38,821 bases of DNA from an uncultured archaeon (lineage in GTDB: Archaea > Halobacteriota > Archaeoglobi > Archaeoglobales > Archaeoglobaceae), in the NCBI GenBank assembly GCA_964592825.1, contig CAZQJR010000016.1, positions 1 through 38,821 on the forward strand, given 5' to 3'. Of the stretch, positions 7,958 through 17,220 are shown piece by piece (positions within the stretch are counted from its first letter, which is position 1; each line of letters starts with the position of its first letter). The translations under genes and the position numbers were made by a program. Below the pieces are notes generated by a model, which made no database searches, had not been told where the DNA came from, and worked only from the letters and a program-made list of their open reading frames with translations.

Positions 7958-9224
7958 ACACGTGCCTCTTAACACCCTTCATTCTTATTAGGGGCTTGGA
8001 GAGGTGTCTTCTTGCGCAGGGCGGAACTTCGTAAAAGCCCGTGTCGAGATCCCTTTTAATTTTCCTCCTTATCTTTTCGAACGCCTTCGTCTTGCAACGC
8101 TTGCACCTGAAGCCCTTTCCCCTGCCGGCTGAGTCCATCCTCCTCCCGCACTTCGGGCATATCGGATTCTCCTCAATCCAAACATCAGCGAGCTTGAGAA
8201 CGTTTATCTTCTCCAAGTTGATCGTGTCCCTCTTCATCGAGCCGTAGACCTCCACAACGTCCCCCTTCCTCAGCTTCCTTACGACGTGTCTGAACTGCTT
8301 CGTCGGCTCGAACGCGGCGCACTTGACCTCACCGAAGGCGGTGTCTATAGTGAAGAATACGTGCCCTCCCGTTATGTCGTAGGGCTCTTCAACCACGACA
8401 CCCCTTAGAACGTAGGAGTGGTAATTCTCGAGCTCCTTTATCTCGTTTTCGGGGATCAAATGCATGTCCGTCCCCTGATTAGTTATGAATATCATGTACC
8501 TATCGATAGGCTCCGTCTTGACCATCTCGAACGCCCTCATCACTGCGTGGAAATCGTCGCCCCTTATTCCGAATAGAACGGGATCGGGGGAGTTGGGAAC
8601 CGCAACGACGCACTCGTTGCACCAGTCAACGGTGTCCCAAGTTCCCGGATACGTTTCCCAGTCGGCGTCGAAGAACGACTCCTCGTCCACTTCCCTTTCC
8701 GTTCCAAACCTCTCGGGACTTCTGTAAGCCAACAACTCTATGGTGTAATCCGTCAACTCCAGTCCGATCGATGCGAGAGCACCTATGAGCCCGAGACCCT
8801 TCTTGAACTTCAGGTGAGGTAGCATGTACTTTCCTATTATGAAGAGGGCTTCATCAAGCAGAACGACATCCCTAACGGCCTTCAGCGCGAACTTCGATAG
8901 GACGTTCATAACGTCGTCCCTGTCCTCTACAAAAACGACGCCGGGGTTAGTTTTTTCGTGTCCGAGCTCGGCGTGTTCCTCCACCACCTCCTTCATAACC
9001 TCGATCGCTTCGTCCCTCCTGTCTTCCTCGATTTCTAAGAGGAAGGAAACCGCCCCGTTTCCCCTCGTCTTGAAAGGAATGGTCGGATTTAGTCTTATGA
9101 GGCGGGGAAACCCAAGTAGTTTGAAACCCTCCCTTTCGAGTCTTTCTATTGCGAGGGTGGCCAAGTAGGTCGTGCACATACCGTTAGGCGAGTCCGTGTC
9201 GTCCATTCCGATCCAGAGTCTCAT
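7950..9224 (-). CDS. tiaS: tRNA(Ile2) 2-agmatinylcytidine synthetase
   Basis: MRLWIGMDDTDSPNGMCTTYLA N-terminus (DUF1743/TiaS kinase-like domain), an OB-fold region, and the C-terminal zinc ribbon CPKCGRRMDSAGRGKGFRCKRC. Confidence 0.85.
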   Translation of the reverse strand: MRLWIGMDDTDSPNGMCTTYLATLAIERLEREGFKLLGFPRLIRLNPTIPFKTRGNGAVSFLLEIEEDRRDEAIEVMKEVVEEHAELGHEKTNPGVVFVEDRDDVMNVLSKFALKAVRDVVLLDEALFIIGKYMLPHLKFKKGLGLIGALASIGLELTDYTIELLAYRSPERFGTEREVDEESFFDADWETYPGTWDTVDWCNECVVAVPNSPDPVLFGIRGDDFHAVMRAFEMVKTEPIDRYMIFITNQGTDMHLIPENEIKELENYHSYVLRGVVVEEPYDITGGHVFFTIDTAFGEVKCAAFEPTKQFRHVVRKLRKGDVVEVYGSMKRDTINLEKINVLKLADVWIEENPICPKCGRRMDSAGRGKGFRCKRCKTKAFEKIRRKIKRDLDTGFYEVPPCARRHLSKPLIRMKGVKRHVFR

Positions 9225-9266
9225 CCTACCTCCGTTGGATTCGAGGAAATAAAGGTTTTTAAAAAA

Positions 9267-9497
9267 TTAGAAGAGATCGTACCGTTCGAGCCAAACGAAA
9301 CTGTTTCTCCTCCTCTTAACCGTGATGGGGATAACACCTCTCTCGAATTCCTCCTTGGCTATCTCCAGCGGATCCGTCTTGTCCGTTTCTATCAGTACGG
9401 GGGCGCCCATGGCTATCTGCAGAGCCCTCGCTCCGATGATACGGGCTTTCTCAAACCGAGTATATTTAAAAGGGAAGGTGGTTTTGATAGGCATCAC
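9267..9497 (-). CDS. rpoK: DNA-directed RNA polymerase subunit K (Rpb6 homologue)
   Basis: [26 protein letters not shown]... is the conserved Rpo6 core. Lies in the conserved position after tRNA-Pro/rpoN. Confidence 0.88.
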   Translation of the reverse strand: MMPIKTTFPFKYTRFEKARIIGARALQIAMGAPVLIETDKTDPLEIAKEEFERGVIPITVKRRRNSFVWLERYDLF

Positions 9498-9504
9498 CCC
9501 TGAG

Positions 9505-9578
9505 TGGGGCCGCCGAGATTTGAACTCGGGTCACCGGCTCCCGAAGCCGGGAGGATAACCAGGCTACCCTACGGCCCC
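9505..9578 (-). tRNA. tRNA-Pro (anticodon CGG)
   Basis: The reverse complement reads GGGGCCGTAGGGTAGCCTGGTTATCCTCCCGGCTTCGGGAGCCGGTGACCCGAGTTCAAATCTCGGCGGCCCCA. Acceptor GGGGCCG/CGGCCCC, anticodon stem CCGGC/GCCGG, loop TTCGGGA. Confidence 0.85.
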
Positions 9579-9767
9579 ATGGAATCGGGCGAACTCCTTT
9601 ATCACGGACTTATACGTCAGGAACATCCTCCTGCAACAGTACCTTTCTATGCCGAGTTCGTCCAACGCTTCCTTCGGCGTCTTCCCCTCCTCCTCTACCT
9701 TCCTCCTGTACTCCTCCCAAAGATGCCCGATCACCGCCCCGCAGCTGAAGCAACGGACGGGAAACAT
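9564..9767 (-). CDS. rpoN: DNA-directed RNA polymerase subunit N (Rpb10 homologue)
   Basis: MFPVRCFSCGAVIG...ERYCCRRMFLTY has the zinc-binding CxxC...CC signature. Start is ATG at 9767. The last 4 codons plus stop lie inside tRNA-Pro. Confidence 0.88.
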   Translation of the reverse strand: MFPVRCFSCGAVIGHLWEEYRRKVEEEGKTPKEALDELGIERYCCRRMFLTYKSVIKEFARFHGAVG

Positions 9768-9774
9768 TTTTTGA

Positions 9775-10173
9775 TCACCTGTAGGAGGTCTGCCTCCTCT
9801 TCCTCGCTCCTCTTCCACCCTGCTTCTTCGGCTCCTTCCTCCTCACGTCGTTCACGAGCAGATATTTGTCGTACTGCAGATAAGCTTTTCTGAGCTCCTC
9901 ATCACCGCTCCATTCAACGAGACCTCTCGCAATAGCCGTCCTCGCAGCTTCAGCCTGACCCATCACTCCACCTCCCTTGACGGTCACGTCTATGTCCACC
10001 TGCTTCGCGAGATCCTTCGCGATTATCAGGGGCTCCATTATGGTCATTCTCGCGAGCTCGGGCTGGTATATCTCTATGGGTATCTTGTTTATTCTCACCC
10101 TTCCTATCCCCGATCTGACGACCGCCTTCGCGATTGCGGTCTTCCTCTTACCGCTCGTTATCACGATCTTCAT
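9775..10173 (-). CDS. rps9: 30S ribosomal protein uS9
   Basis: [19 protein letters not shown]...[20 protein letters not shown]...[12 protein letters not shown] at 10173 is preferred; an in-frame GTG at 10179 is the alternative. Confidence 0.9.
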   Translation of the reverse strand: MKIVITSGKRKTAIAKAVVRSGIGRVRINKIPIEIYQPELARMTIMEPLIIAKDLAKQVDIDVTVKGGGVMGQAEAARTAIARGLVEWSGDEELRKAYLQYDKYLLVNDVRRKEPKKQGGRGARKRRQTSYR

Positions 10174-10175
10174 AC

Positions 10176-10655
10176 TCACACACCCCTAAACCCCAAATAC
10201 CTGCTAACGTCCGCGAGGGTTACGAACTTGTCCGTCTTACAAACCTTCTCATACAGCGCGCACTCGACGACCTCGAACTCCTTATCCTTTAGCTCCTCGG
10301 GAACTCCCATGAAAACCCTGAGCCTCCTATACGCCTCCCTACCCCTCCTGCTCTTCCAAGGCAACATGCCCCTGACCGTCCTCTTGAATATCCTCTCGGG
10401 ATGCCTCGGGAAGTAAGGCCCCTTCTCCTTGCTCCCCCTGTCGTACTTCTCCTTGTACCTCTGAAATATCATGTCCCTGTCGCCGGTTATTATCGCCTTC
10501 TCCGCGTTGACCACAACTATCTTTTCCCCGTTGAGCAACCTCTTGGCTATCACGCTGCTCAACCTACCGAGCACGTGCCCCTCCGCGTTTATCACCCTGT
10601 AGTCGTCGCCCAACTTCTTTAGCACCCTCCTAACGTTCACCGTCATTCCGACCAC
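10176..10655 (-). CDS. rpl13: 50S ribosomal protein uL13
   Basis: [38 protein letters not shown]... is the canonical uL13 core. The start could be the second Met, 9 nt downstream. Confidence 0.9.
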   Translation of the reverse strand: MVGMTVNVRRVLKKLGDDYRVINAEGHVLGRLSSVIAKRLLNGEKIVVVNAEKAIITGDRDMIFQRYKEKYDRGSKEKGPYFPRHPERIFKRTVRGMLPWKSRRGREAYRRLRVFMGVPEELKDKEFEVVECALYEKVCKTDKFVTLADVSRYLGFRGV

Positions 10656-10656
10656 C

Positions 10657-11034
10657 CTACGCCATTATCCTAACGCCCGAACCCTTCGGATTCGTTTCCA
10701 TTAGCTCCTTTATCGTAATACACTTTCCACCAGCTTCCGTTATCTTCCTCTTAGCGGTTTCGGAGAAGCTTAGGGCGGCGACGGTTACGGCCTTGCTTAT
10801 CTTCCCCCCTCCGAGCACCTTGCCGGGAACGAGCACCGTTTCTCCTTCGTTGGCGTACCTCTGTATCTTCGCCACGTTCACCTCTGCATAAAGCCTTTTT
10901 GGCTTAGCAAGTCTTTCGGCGATGTCCTTCCATATCGGAGCGTTGTTGGCGGCGGAGGCCTTTAGCAGTTCATCGATCAGCCTGACGAGGTTCGGATTGG
11001 ACTTTCTCTTCACGAGTCTTCTTATTTTGCTCAT
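10657..11034 (-). CDS. rpl18e: 50S ribosomal protein L18e (eL18)
   Basis: [19 protein letters not shown]...[15 protein letters not shown]...[11 protein letters not shown], in the conserved order L18e-L13-S9-RpoN. The ATTTAAATAT box at 11058..11067 lies about 29 nt upstream. Confidence 0.88.
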   Translation of the reverse strand: MSKIRRLVKRKSNPNLVRLIDELLKASAANNAPIWKDIAERLAKPKRLYAEVNVAKIQRYANEGETVLVPGKVLGGGKISKAVTVAALSFSETAKRKITEAGGKCITIKELMETNPKGSGVRIMA

Positions 11035-11258
11035 AGCAGAGAATCGCGGAGGGTTGGATATTTAAATGTATCTTCCGATCGGGGGTTCGATGGTAAGACA
11101 TTTCCCCATCGACGATTGCGAGCAAAGAAAAGCTATGCCCCCAAGTCGTGGAAGAAGCTGTAAGGGAATACTTCAAGAAAGAATAAGTGGAAGGAATACG
11201 ACGAAACTACTAAGAGCTTTCTTATAACTAAGTTCGGTAAGGAGATAGCGGAGGAGGT

Positions 11259-11459
11259 TTGAAAGTGGGAGAAGTGGTAATTAGGGTTAAGATTCCGAAG
11301 GAATTCGAACACCTGAAGGATAGGATTGAGGAGACGGTAAATAAGGAGGCTGAAATGTATAATGATATTTACGAAATTGAACGTTTAGCTACGCTCGACG
11401 TTGAAGATTTTAAGGAACCTTGTGAGAAGGAAGGTATAACTATAGTGTATGAATCCTAA
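11259..11459 (+). CDS. Small hypothetical protein (TTG/GTG start) with a possible ribbon-helix-helix-like N-terminus
   Basis: 66-aa ORF in a lower-GC spacer. EVVIRVKIPKEFEHLKDRIEE looks like a beta-strand followed by a helix. No ATG start and no recognised family. Confidence 0.3.
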   Translation: MKVGEVVIRVKIPKEFEHLKDRIEETVNKEAEMYNDIYEIERLATLDVEDFKEPCEKEGITIVYES

Positions 11460-11538
11460 TCACCGCATTGGCTTTCGTCTCTACCCTTTCGCTTTAACGA
11501 CGTTCAGTTGAAATGTAGTTCGGATAAATCCTTAAGGA

Positions 11539-12993
11539 TCAGAAGAAGTCTTCGAGCGTCTTCATTCCGGTCGGCTTTTTCTTTCTCGTAGTCTTCTTTT
11601 TCTTCTTTTCCTCCTTCGGCTTTTCCTCTTCGACCTTCTTCAGCCTCTCCTCTATTTCCCTTTCGATTTCCTCCGGCTTCTCCTCCACAACCTCCTCGAC
11701 CCTATGAAGCTTGTGTTTCCTTACGAACTCCTTTATCTCCTTAGCCCTCTTCTCGCTACCAGTAAGAATCGCCAACTCCTCCTCGGTGAAATCGTAAAAC
11801 GCTGCGACCATCGCGGCGGTTTTTACGTCCGCATTTCTCAACAACGTGACGATGTAACCGAGCATCTCCGTCAAAGCCTTCCTCTTCGACATGTGCGAAT
11901 ACTTCGCTATCTTCTCCACGATCTTTTTGAACTTCTCCCTTCTATCCTTGAACTGAACGAGTAGTTGCCAGACGTTCGGTCTCTGGTACCTCGTCCAACC
12001 GCCCTTGGCCTTCTTCTTCGCCTGCTGAACTCCGACGGTCATCAGATAGCTCGCATACCTCCATAGTCTGTAGAACTGCCTTCTCCTAACCCTCCCCAAG
12101 AACATGTCCGCCCTCGAAAGCACGAGGTAAGCTTTCAGCAGATCCTCACCCTCGTATTCCAACGGCAGGTTCTCGTCTATCCAGACTATTAGATCCTCGG
12201 GCGACTCGTCCAAGAGCATAGCTTCGCCGTAAACCGAGGGATTGAACGTCTTGAAGATCTTCTGCATAACTTTGAACACATCTGTCTCTTGAGTTCTCTT
12301 CGCAACCACTACATCCTCGAGCTTAATTTCCTTCTTACCCTCCGCTATGGCCTGCAGATCGTTTATGGCAGCCCTAAGATCCCCACCTGCATTCCTCGCT
12401 ATCGCCTCCAACGCCTTCCTGTCAGCTTTGATGCCTTCTGCCGCGCATATCCTCTCCAAAACCTTCACGATCTGCTGAACGGTCAAACGCTTGAATGTGA
12501 TCATCTCGCAGAGATTCCTAAGCTCGGGGGAGAGGTTGTATGGATCGTTTGCGGTCAGAATGAGCGGTTGCCTCGGTTTTCTCTTTAACAACCTGATCAG
12601 AGCACCCTCCCCACCGAAATCCTCCTTCTTGTGGATGTTGTCGACCTCATCCAATATTATGAGCTTGAGCTTACCGGTTCGGGACGAGAGGAACTCTCCC
12701 TCATCGCTTATCGTTTCGTTGAAAGCCCCTTCGCCGACGATCTTTCTTATGATCTGCCAGTTTCGTTGATCGCTCGCGTTGAGCTCGACGACCTCCCAAC
12801 CGAATGTGTTCGCCAAAGCCAACGCGAGGGAGGTCTTACCAACACCCGGTGGGCCGGCTAAAAGCAAGGGCTTTTGCGGAAAACCCTCCTCCCACTTCTT
12901 AGCCCACATTACCACCTTCTCGATTATGTCACGGGGGGCGACTACCTCCTTTAAGGTCTTAGGTCTGTATTTCTCCACCCAAAGCTCCGGCAT
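11539..12993 (-). CDS. rfcL: Replication factor C large subunit
   Basis: WVEKYRPKTLKEVV, Walker A GPPGVGKTS, DEVD box, and a Lys/Glu-rich C-terminal tail ending in a PIP-like KTLEDFF. Confidence 0.9.
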   Translation of the reverse strand: MPELWVEKYRPKTLKEVVAPRDIIEKVVMWAKKWEEGFPQKPLLLAGPPGVGKTSLALALANTFGWEVVELNASDQRNWQIIRKIVGEGAFNETISDEGEFLSSRTGKLKLIILDEVDNIHKKEDFGGEGALIRLLKRKPRQPLILTANDPYNLSPELRNLCEMITFKRLTVQQIVKVLERICAAEGIKADRKALEAIARNAGGDLRAAINDLQAIAEGKKEIKLEDVVVAKRTQETDVFKVMQKIFKTFNPSVYGEAMLLDESPEDLIVWIDENLPLEYEGEDLLKAYLVLSRADMFLGRVRRRQFYRLWRYASYLMTVGVQQAKKKAKGGWTRYQRPNVWQLLVQFKDRREKFKKIVEKIAKYSHMSKRKALTEMLGYIVTLLRNADVKTAAMVAAFYDFTEEELAILTGSEKRAKEIKEFVRKHKLHRVEEVVEEKPEEIEREIEERLKKVEEEKPKEEKKKKKTTRKKKPTGMKTLEDFF

Positions 12994-13114
12994 CGACTTA
13001 AATTTGGCGGGATGTTATAAAATCATTGCTATCTAATAATACTATTCAAGCGAAATTCAGCAAGGACATCGCCGTGGGAGTAATTCTTATCGAGTACTTC
13101 AGTAATGAAATAAT

Positions 13115-13121
13115 AAAAAAA
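13115..13121 (-). terminator. Oligo-T tract (T7 on the minus strand) 12 nt after the phosphatase stop codon
   Basis: The minus strand reads TAA-CGTGAAAATTATTTTTTTATTATT. Archaeal terminators are typically oligo-T runs. Confidence 0.4.
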
Positions 13122-13132
13122 TAATTTTCACG

Positions 13133-14626
13133 TTACACGGCCATCGATAGACATCTGGCTTCGTTTGCATATGCCTTGCTCAGTATGAGACAGACATCGT
13201 TATAGTCGATTATACCATTGCCATCCATGTCGATGTTCTTGTATGCCCCACTGACATTTCCCACATGCATTAGAGCAATGTACGCGTCTTCTTCGTTTAC
13301 GATACCGTCTCCGTTTGCATCTCCTTTAATTTTTGATCGTGCAAGCTTCGCCACCTTGAAATCTCTGTCGAATAGCATCAGCTTTGCGATAATCTTAGAA
13401 GTGGCCACGTGGTGTAGGAAGCCGCCTTTGAATTCGTCGGATCCGTAAACCATCAGCGGAACTGGAGAGCCCGTGTGCTTATGAGTCGCAAACTTAACAC
13501 CCATCTTTTCCGATATGATTTCGCCCAGTGTATCTTCAAGTCCGTATTTTTCCTTTTCAGCTTCTTTTATCCTCTTAACTTCTTCAGGACTTAACTCGAT
13601 TCCAGCGTATTTCTTTACGACGTATTCAATGCTTTTACCACTTCTTATCTCTTTAGCCATATATTCTACGCTCTTTTTCACCTTTAGTATGTCCTTCACT
13701 TTTACCGATTTTCCGTACGTTATTCCCACCGCTAAGCCACCGGTTTCGTGATCTGCTGTAACTATAACGACTGTATCACCTCTATGTTTAGCGTAATTCA
13801 GTACATACTTAACGACGTCGTCAAACTCCTTTGTTTCTGCAACGACGGAGGCTATGTCGTTTATGTGACATGCGTGGTCTATTCTTCCGCCCTCGACCAT
13901 TAAGAAGAAGCCGTTTGGATTTTTCTCGAGAACTTCGATAGCCTTCTTTGTCATATCGAGCAAACTGGGTATGTTTTTACTTCTATCAAGAACGAATGGT
14001 ATGTTGGATTTTGCAAATAAACCCAGAATATATTTGCCTTTCGCCCTTTCAAGCGATTTCTTATCGTGAACGATGACATACCCGTACTTCTTTGCCAGTT
14101 TGAGCGTCTTTTCATCAAAGTATTTTGCACCCCCTCCAAGCAAAACGTTGACTCTGTGCTCTATCAGCTGCCTTGCAATCACATTTTCCATATGTCTGTT
14201 TTTAACGTGAGACGCAAAGACCGCCGGTGTTGCGTCGGTTATTCTTGCAGTCGTGACCAGTCCGGTCGACTTGTTGATCCTTTCAGCAACCTCCAAAATC
14301 GTCGTTAGATTTACTGTTTTGTTGTTGAGCTTTAAAGTCGAAATCATTCCATTGTACGTTTTGAATCCTGTTGCTATGGCGGTTCCGGCTGCAGCAGAGT
14401 CGGTAACCTCTCCACTTAGGGAATCTGTGAGTTCAAAGCCTACGCATGTCCAGTTAAAATGTTCCATAGTTAGGTTTCCATAAACGAGCTCTGTTATATG
14501 TAGCTGTGGAAAACCCATTCCGTCGCCTATTAGGAGTATCACGTTTTTCACTTCGCCAGCGCTGGTGATACCTATCTGGGCGAAGATCAACAAAATTCCA
14601 ACTGCCAACGCAATTTTTGGCTTCAT
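13133..14626 (-). CDS. Secreted alkaline phosphatase (PhoA family) with a C-terminal dockerin-like module
   Basis: Signal peptide MKPKIALAVGILLIFAQIGITSA; LLIGDGMG; active-site TDSAAAGTA; GGRIDHACH; ADHETGG; THKHTG. The C-terminus carries duplicated Ca-binding segments, DANGDGIVNEEDAYIAL and DMDGNGIIDYNDVCLIL (nt 13169..13330). Confidence 0.85.
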   Translation of the reverse strand: MKPKIALAVGILLIFAQIGITSAGEVKNVILLIGDGMGFPQLHITELVYGNLTMEHFNWTCVGFELTDSLSGEVTDSAAAGTAIATGFKTYNGMISTLKLNNKTVNLTTILEVAERINKSTGLVTTARITDATPAVFASHVKNRHMENVIARQLIEHRVNVLLGGGAKYFDEKTLKLAKKYGYVIVHDKKSLERAKGKYILGLFAKSNIPFVLDRSKNIPSLLDMTKKAIEVLEKNPNGFFLMVEGGRIDHACHINDIASVVAETKEFDDVVKYVLNYAKHRGDTVVIVTADHETGGLAVGITYGKSVKVKDILKVKKSVEYMAKEIRSGKSIEYVVKKYAGIELSPEEVKRIKEAEKEKYGLEDTLGEIISEKMGVKFATHKHTGSPVPLMVYGSDEFKGGFLHHVATSKIIAKLMLFDRDFKVAKLARSKIKGDANGDGIVNEEDAYIALMHVGNVSGAYKNIDMDGNGIIDYNDVCLILSKAYANEARCLSMAV

Positions 14627-14867
14627 GATCTCAGTTGATATCTGATTGCAATATATATTTTTCCTATATTATTTATAGATTGCTATTGATGATAATCAAA
14701 CCACTTGTGAGTATGTAGGATATGTAGTTCTCATTGTAGATAGATCTTCTAAAATTATTATTATTAAGTTATTATTTAGCATTAGTATGCGGTAACAAAT
14801 TGATATAAACTCACTCGATGAATCTACAGTAATTTTATCCCTCGCAAATTTTGCATTTTATAAAATA

Positions 14868-15740
14868 CTACTCCACGATTTCGACTCCGTAAACCCTCTC
14901 AACGTTCTCGACGCAGATCTTGTAAATGAAATCCTCGTCGAAACCGTGCTTCAGCAACTCCTTAACCTTCCTCGGAACGGTCTTTGGCCCCAACACCGCT
15001 CCGGGTCTGCTCTTGTCGTCGATGTAGTCCGTTTCGAGCATGAACCTGCTACCCTGCTTCGCAGCTTCGAGCGCGTAGTCGTTCAGGCATATAACCGACG
15101 GGAATATCCCGACCTCCTCGAACTCTTTCACTTTGGGCGGAGAGAAGTGTTTGACGACCTTTTCCCTCTTCAACCCAACCTTATCCGCCATCTCAGCTAT
15201 TTCCTTGATACCTTCGAGCGTATAGGATTCGGTGTGCAATTGGACGGCACAACCGACATCTTTAGCTACCTCGAAAGCGTGCATCATGACCTCGTTGCTC
15301 AATTCCCATACGTCCTTAGGCACCTTGTAGTGCGGTCTTCCGCTCTTTATCGCCACGGCCTTTCCCTCCTCGACGTATTTTCCAGCTATTTCGAGCGCTT
15401 CCTTCATTATCTCCGCCGCCCTCTTGAACCCCAATCTCCCGCCGATTATCGTTATCTCAGCGGGATGAACGCCTAAAACGGCAAAAGCTCGGACTATCTT
15501 GTTGGCCTTGTTGACCAAGCTTACGTGGGCATCGAAAATCTTTTTGAAATCTTCTCCCTTCGTTGGCCTTACGTTGTAGTGCTTGCTGAGCAGGGAAACC
15601 AGAAAGACGTGAGTTCCGCCGGCGTTTTTGAACTGCTCTAACGCCTTCAGCCTGAGATGGTTGTAGAGGTGCATGTGATCGTCCGTTATTATCATGAAAC
15701 GCCGATCGATCGTCTCGGTAGTTATCGTTATTGGTTTCAA
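14868..15740 (-). CDS. TatD-related metal-dependent hydrolase (TIM-barrel amidohydrolase superfamily, COG1099-like)
   Basis: MIITDDHMHL (HxH metal motif at the first strand), later VQLHTES and LETDY motifs. About 275-290 aa. The start may be the internal Met at MIITDD. Confidence 0.6.
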   Translation of the reverse strand: MKPITITTETIDRRFMIITDDHMHLYNHLRLKALEQFKNAGGTHVFLVSLLSKHYNVRPTKGEDFKKIFDAHVSLVNKANKIVRAFAVLGVHPAEITIIGGRLGFKRAAEIMKEALEIAGKYVEEGKAVAIKSGRPHYKVPKDVWELSNEVMMHAFEVAKDVGCAVQLHTESYTLEGIKEIAEMADKVGLKREKVVKHFSPPKVKEFEEVGIFPSVICLNDYALEAAKQGSRFMLETDYIDDKSRPGAVLGPKTVPRKVKELLKHGFDEDFIYKICVENVERVYGVEIVE

Positions 15741-15812
15741 ACTTAATAATTAAATATTTAAATTAACTCAAAATTTATTTAAATAGAAAATCCATAAGAA
15801 TACGCTCTTAGC

Positions 15813-17063
15813 CTAATATCTCCAAATTATTATGGATTCAGAGCTAATAGTTTCGGACTTCATGCCAGAAATATTTTCAGGAGCGTTCTCCCAAGGAATT
15901 CTTTTTGTTGGAATCCTCCTGTAAATCGTTTTCTCGTGTACTAATTCGTATTTTTCCGCTAATTCAACGAGAATTTTATCGGTCGGAACCCTTACCCTTC
16001 TCATGGTTCTATTACCAATTACAAAAACCATACGACTTCTACCTTTTTTCAAAGCCTTTGTTAATTTTAACAACGCTCTATCCATATCAAAGAAAAAACT
16101 ATATAAATCCCATGCTCTACGTTCATCTTTTTCATATATTTTGTTAAAAGTCTCTTCTAACGTTTTTGATTCCAATTTCGAAACGTCTCCTCTAATTCTC
16201 TTTCCACCTAACGATTTTTTATCCACATCTAGTACCTCTCTCAGTCCCAACCACAGCGCAGAATATTTTGAGAATTGCCCATAAGCCACTGTGGTTTTAC
16301 TATCTCCATACGGCGGAGATGTCAAAATTAAAGTAACTTCCTCTTCCAAATCGCATTCTCTTACATCTTTGAGATAAATTTCAGCTTTTGCATTTTTATT
16401 CTTCATAATGCTATAAAATTCCTCCATGGCTCTTAGATTGTCATAAAGGATTCTGCCAAAAACCGATATGACATCTGGATTCCACCTTTCCAATTCTTTT
16501 TTTGGCATTCTGTAAAGCTTGTATTCACCTTTTCTAATATTGCTAACCTTCCAAACACAATATGAAAATGCAACGGCGAAGAAGTTGTAGATTTTTTCAT
16601 CTTCTATACTTTTAATGTTGTGGAGAATTCTCGACAATTCCTTAATTACCTTGGGCTTAAACCAATAGTGTAAATTAGGGATTTTTGGCTCGGGATATTC
16701 TGTTTTATCGGTTAAGATTTGATCGAGAACGTCATTTATTTTACTTCTAAGAATTCTAGGATCGATAGGTGTTGTTTTGGCTTTACCGATCAAAATGGCA
16801 AGGGGATTGATATCAAATCCTATAGCATTTCTGTTATGAACTATGGATTCCACTAAAACGGTACAACTCCCACAAAATGGGTCTAGAACGATATCATCCT
16901 CTCTTGTGGCATACCTCTCTATAATTCTCTTTGCTATAAGTGGCATCATTCTTGCCGGGTACGGATGTAAACCATGAGTCAAGTATTTAGTGTCTTTACC
17001 CGCAAACGTCCAATCTTCACATTCATCCTGTACAACCGCAAATTCTGTTAGCCTTCTTATCAT
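15813..17063 (-). CDS. DNA methyltransferase, amino-MTase type (SPPY motif IV, so probably N4-cytosine; N6-adenine not excluded)
   Basis: HPYPARMMPLIAKRII, AdoMet motif I VLDPFCGSCTVLVES, and about 170 aa later motif IV LILTSPPYGD. Very low G+C. The start overlaps the stop of the AbrB-like ORF (ATGA). Confidence 0.75.
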   Translation of the reverse strand: MIRRLTEFAVVQDECEDWTFAGKDTKYLTHGLHPYPARMMPLIAKRIIERYATREDDIVLDPFCGSCTVLVESIVHNRNAIGFDINPLAILIGKAKTTPIDPRILRSKINDVLDQILTDKTEYPEPKIPNLHYWFKPKVIKELSRILHNIKSIEDEKIYNFFAVAFSYCVWKVSNIRKGEYKLYRMPKKELERWNPDVISVFGRILYDNLRAMEEFYSIMKNKNAKAEIYLKDVRECDLEEEVTLILTSPPYGDSKTTVAYGQFSKYSALWLGLREVLDVDKKSLGGKRIRGDVSKLESKTLEETFNKIYEKDERRAWDLYSFFFDMDRALLKLTKALKKGRSRMVFVIGNRTMRRVRVPTDKILVELAEKYELVHEKTIYRRIPTKRIPWENAPENISGMKSETISSESIIIWRY

Positions 17064-17218
17064 TCCTTCTCACTCCTTCTTTTCACGACTACTATTTTAT
17101 CGTTTTCAATATACCAGTCTATATACTCGCCTGGTTTAACATCTAACGCTTCTCTTACCGCCTTTGGTAAGCTAATTAAGAACTTACGCATAACCTTGCT
17201 TGTGGCAACTCTTCTCAT
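17060..17218 (-). CDS. AbrB/SpoVT (MazE-like) swapped-hairpin DNA-binding protein, 52 aa, not in the supplied ORF track
   Basis: My translation is MRRVATSKVMRKFLISLPKAVREALDVKPGEYIDWYIENDKIVVVKRRSEKE*. The core xxxLxIPKxxRExLxxKxGDxxxxxxxxxxIVL pattern is typical of SpoVT_AbrB domains. ATG is at 17216..17218 and TGA at 17060..17062. Confidence 0.65.
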   Translation of the reverse strand: MRRVATSKVMRKFLISLPKAVREALDVKPGEYIDWYIENDKIVVVKRRSEKE

Positions 17219-17220
17219 AA

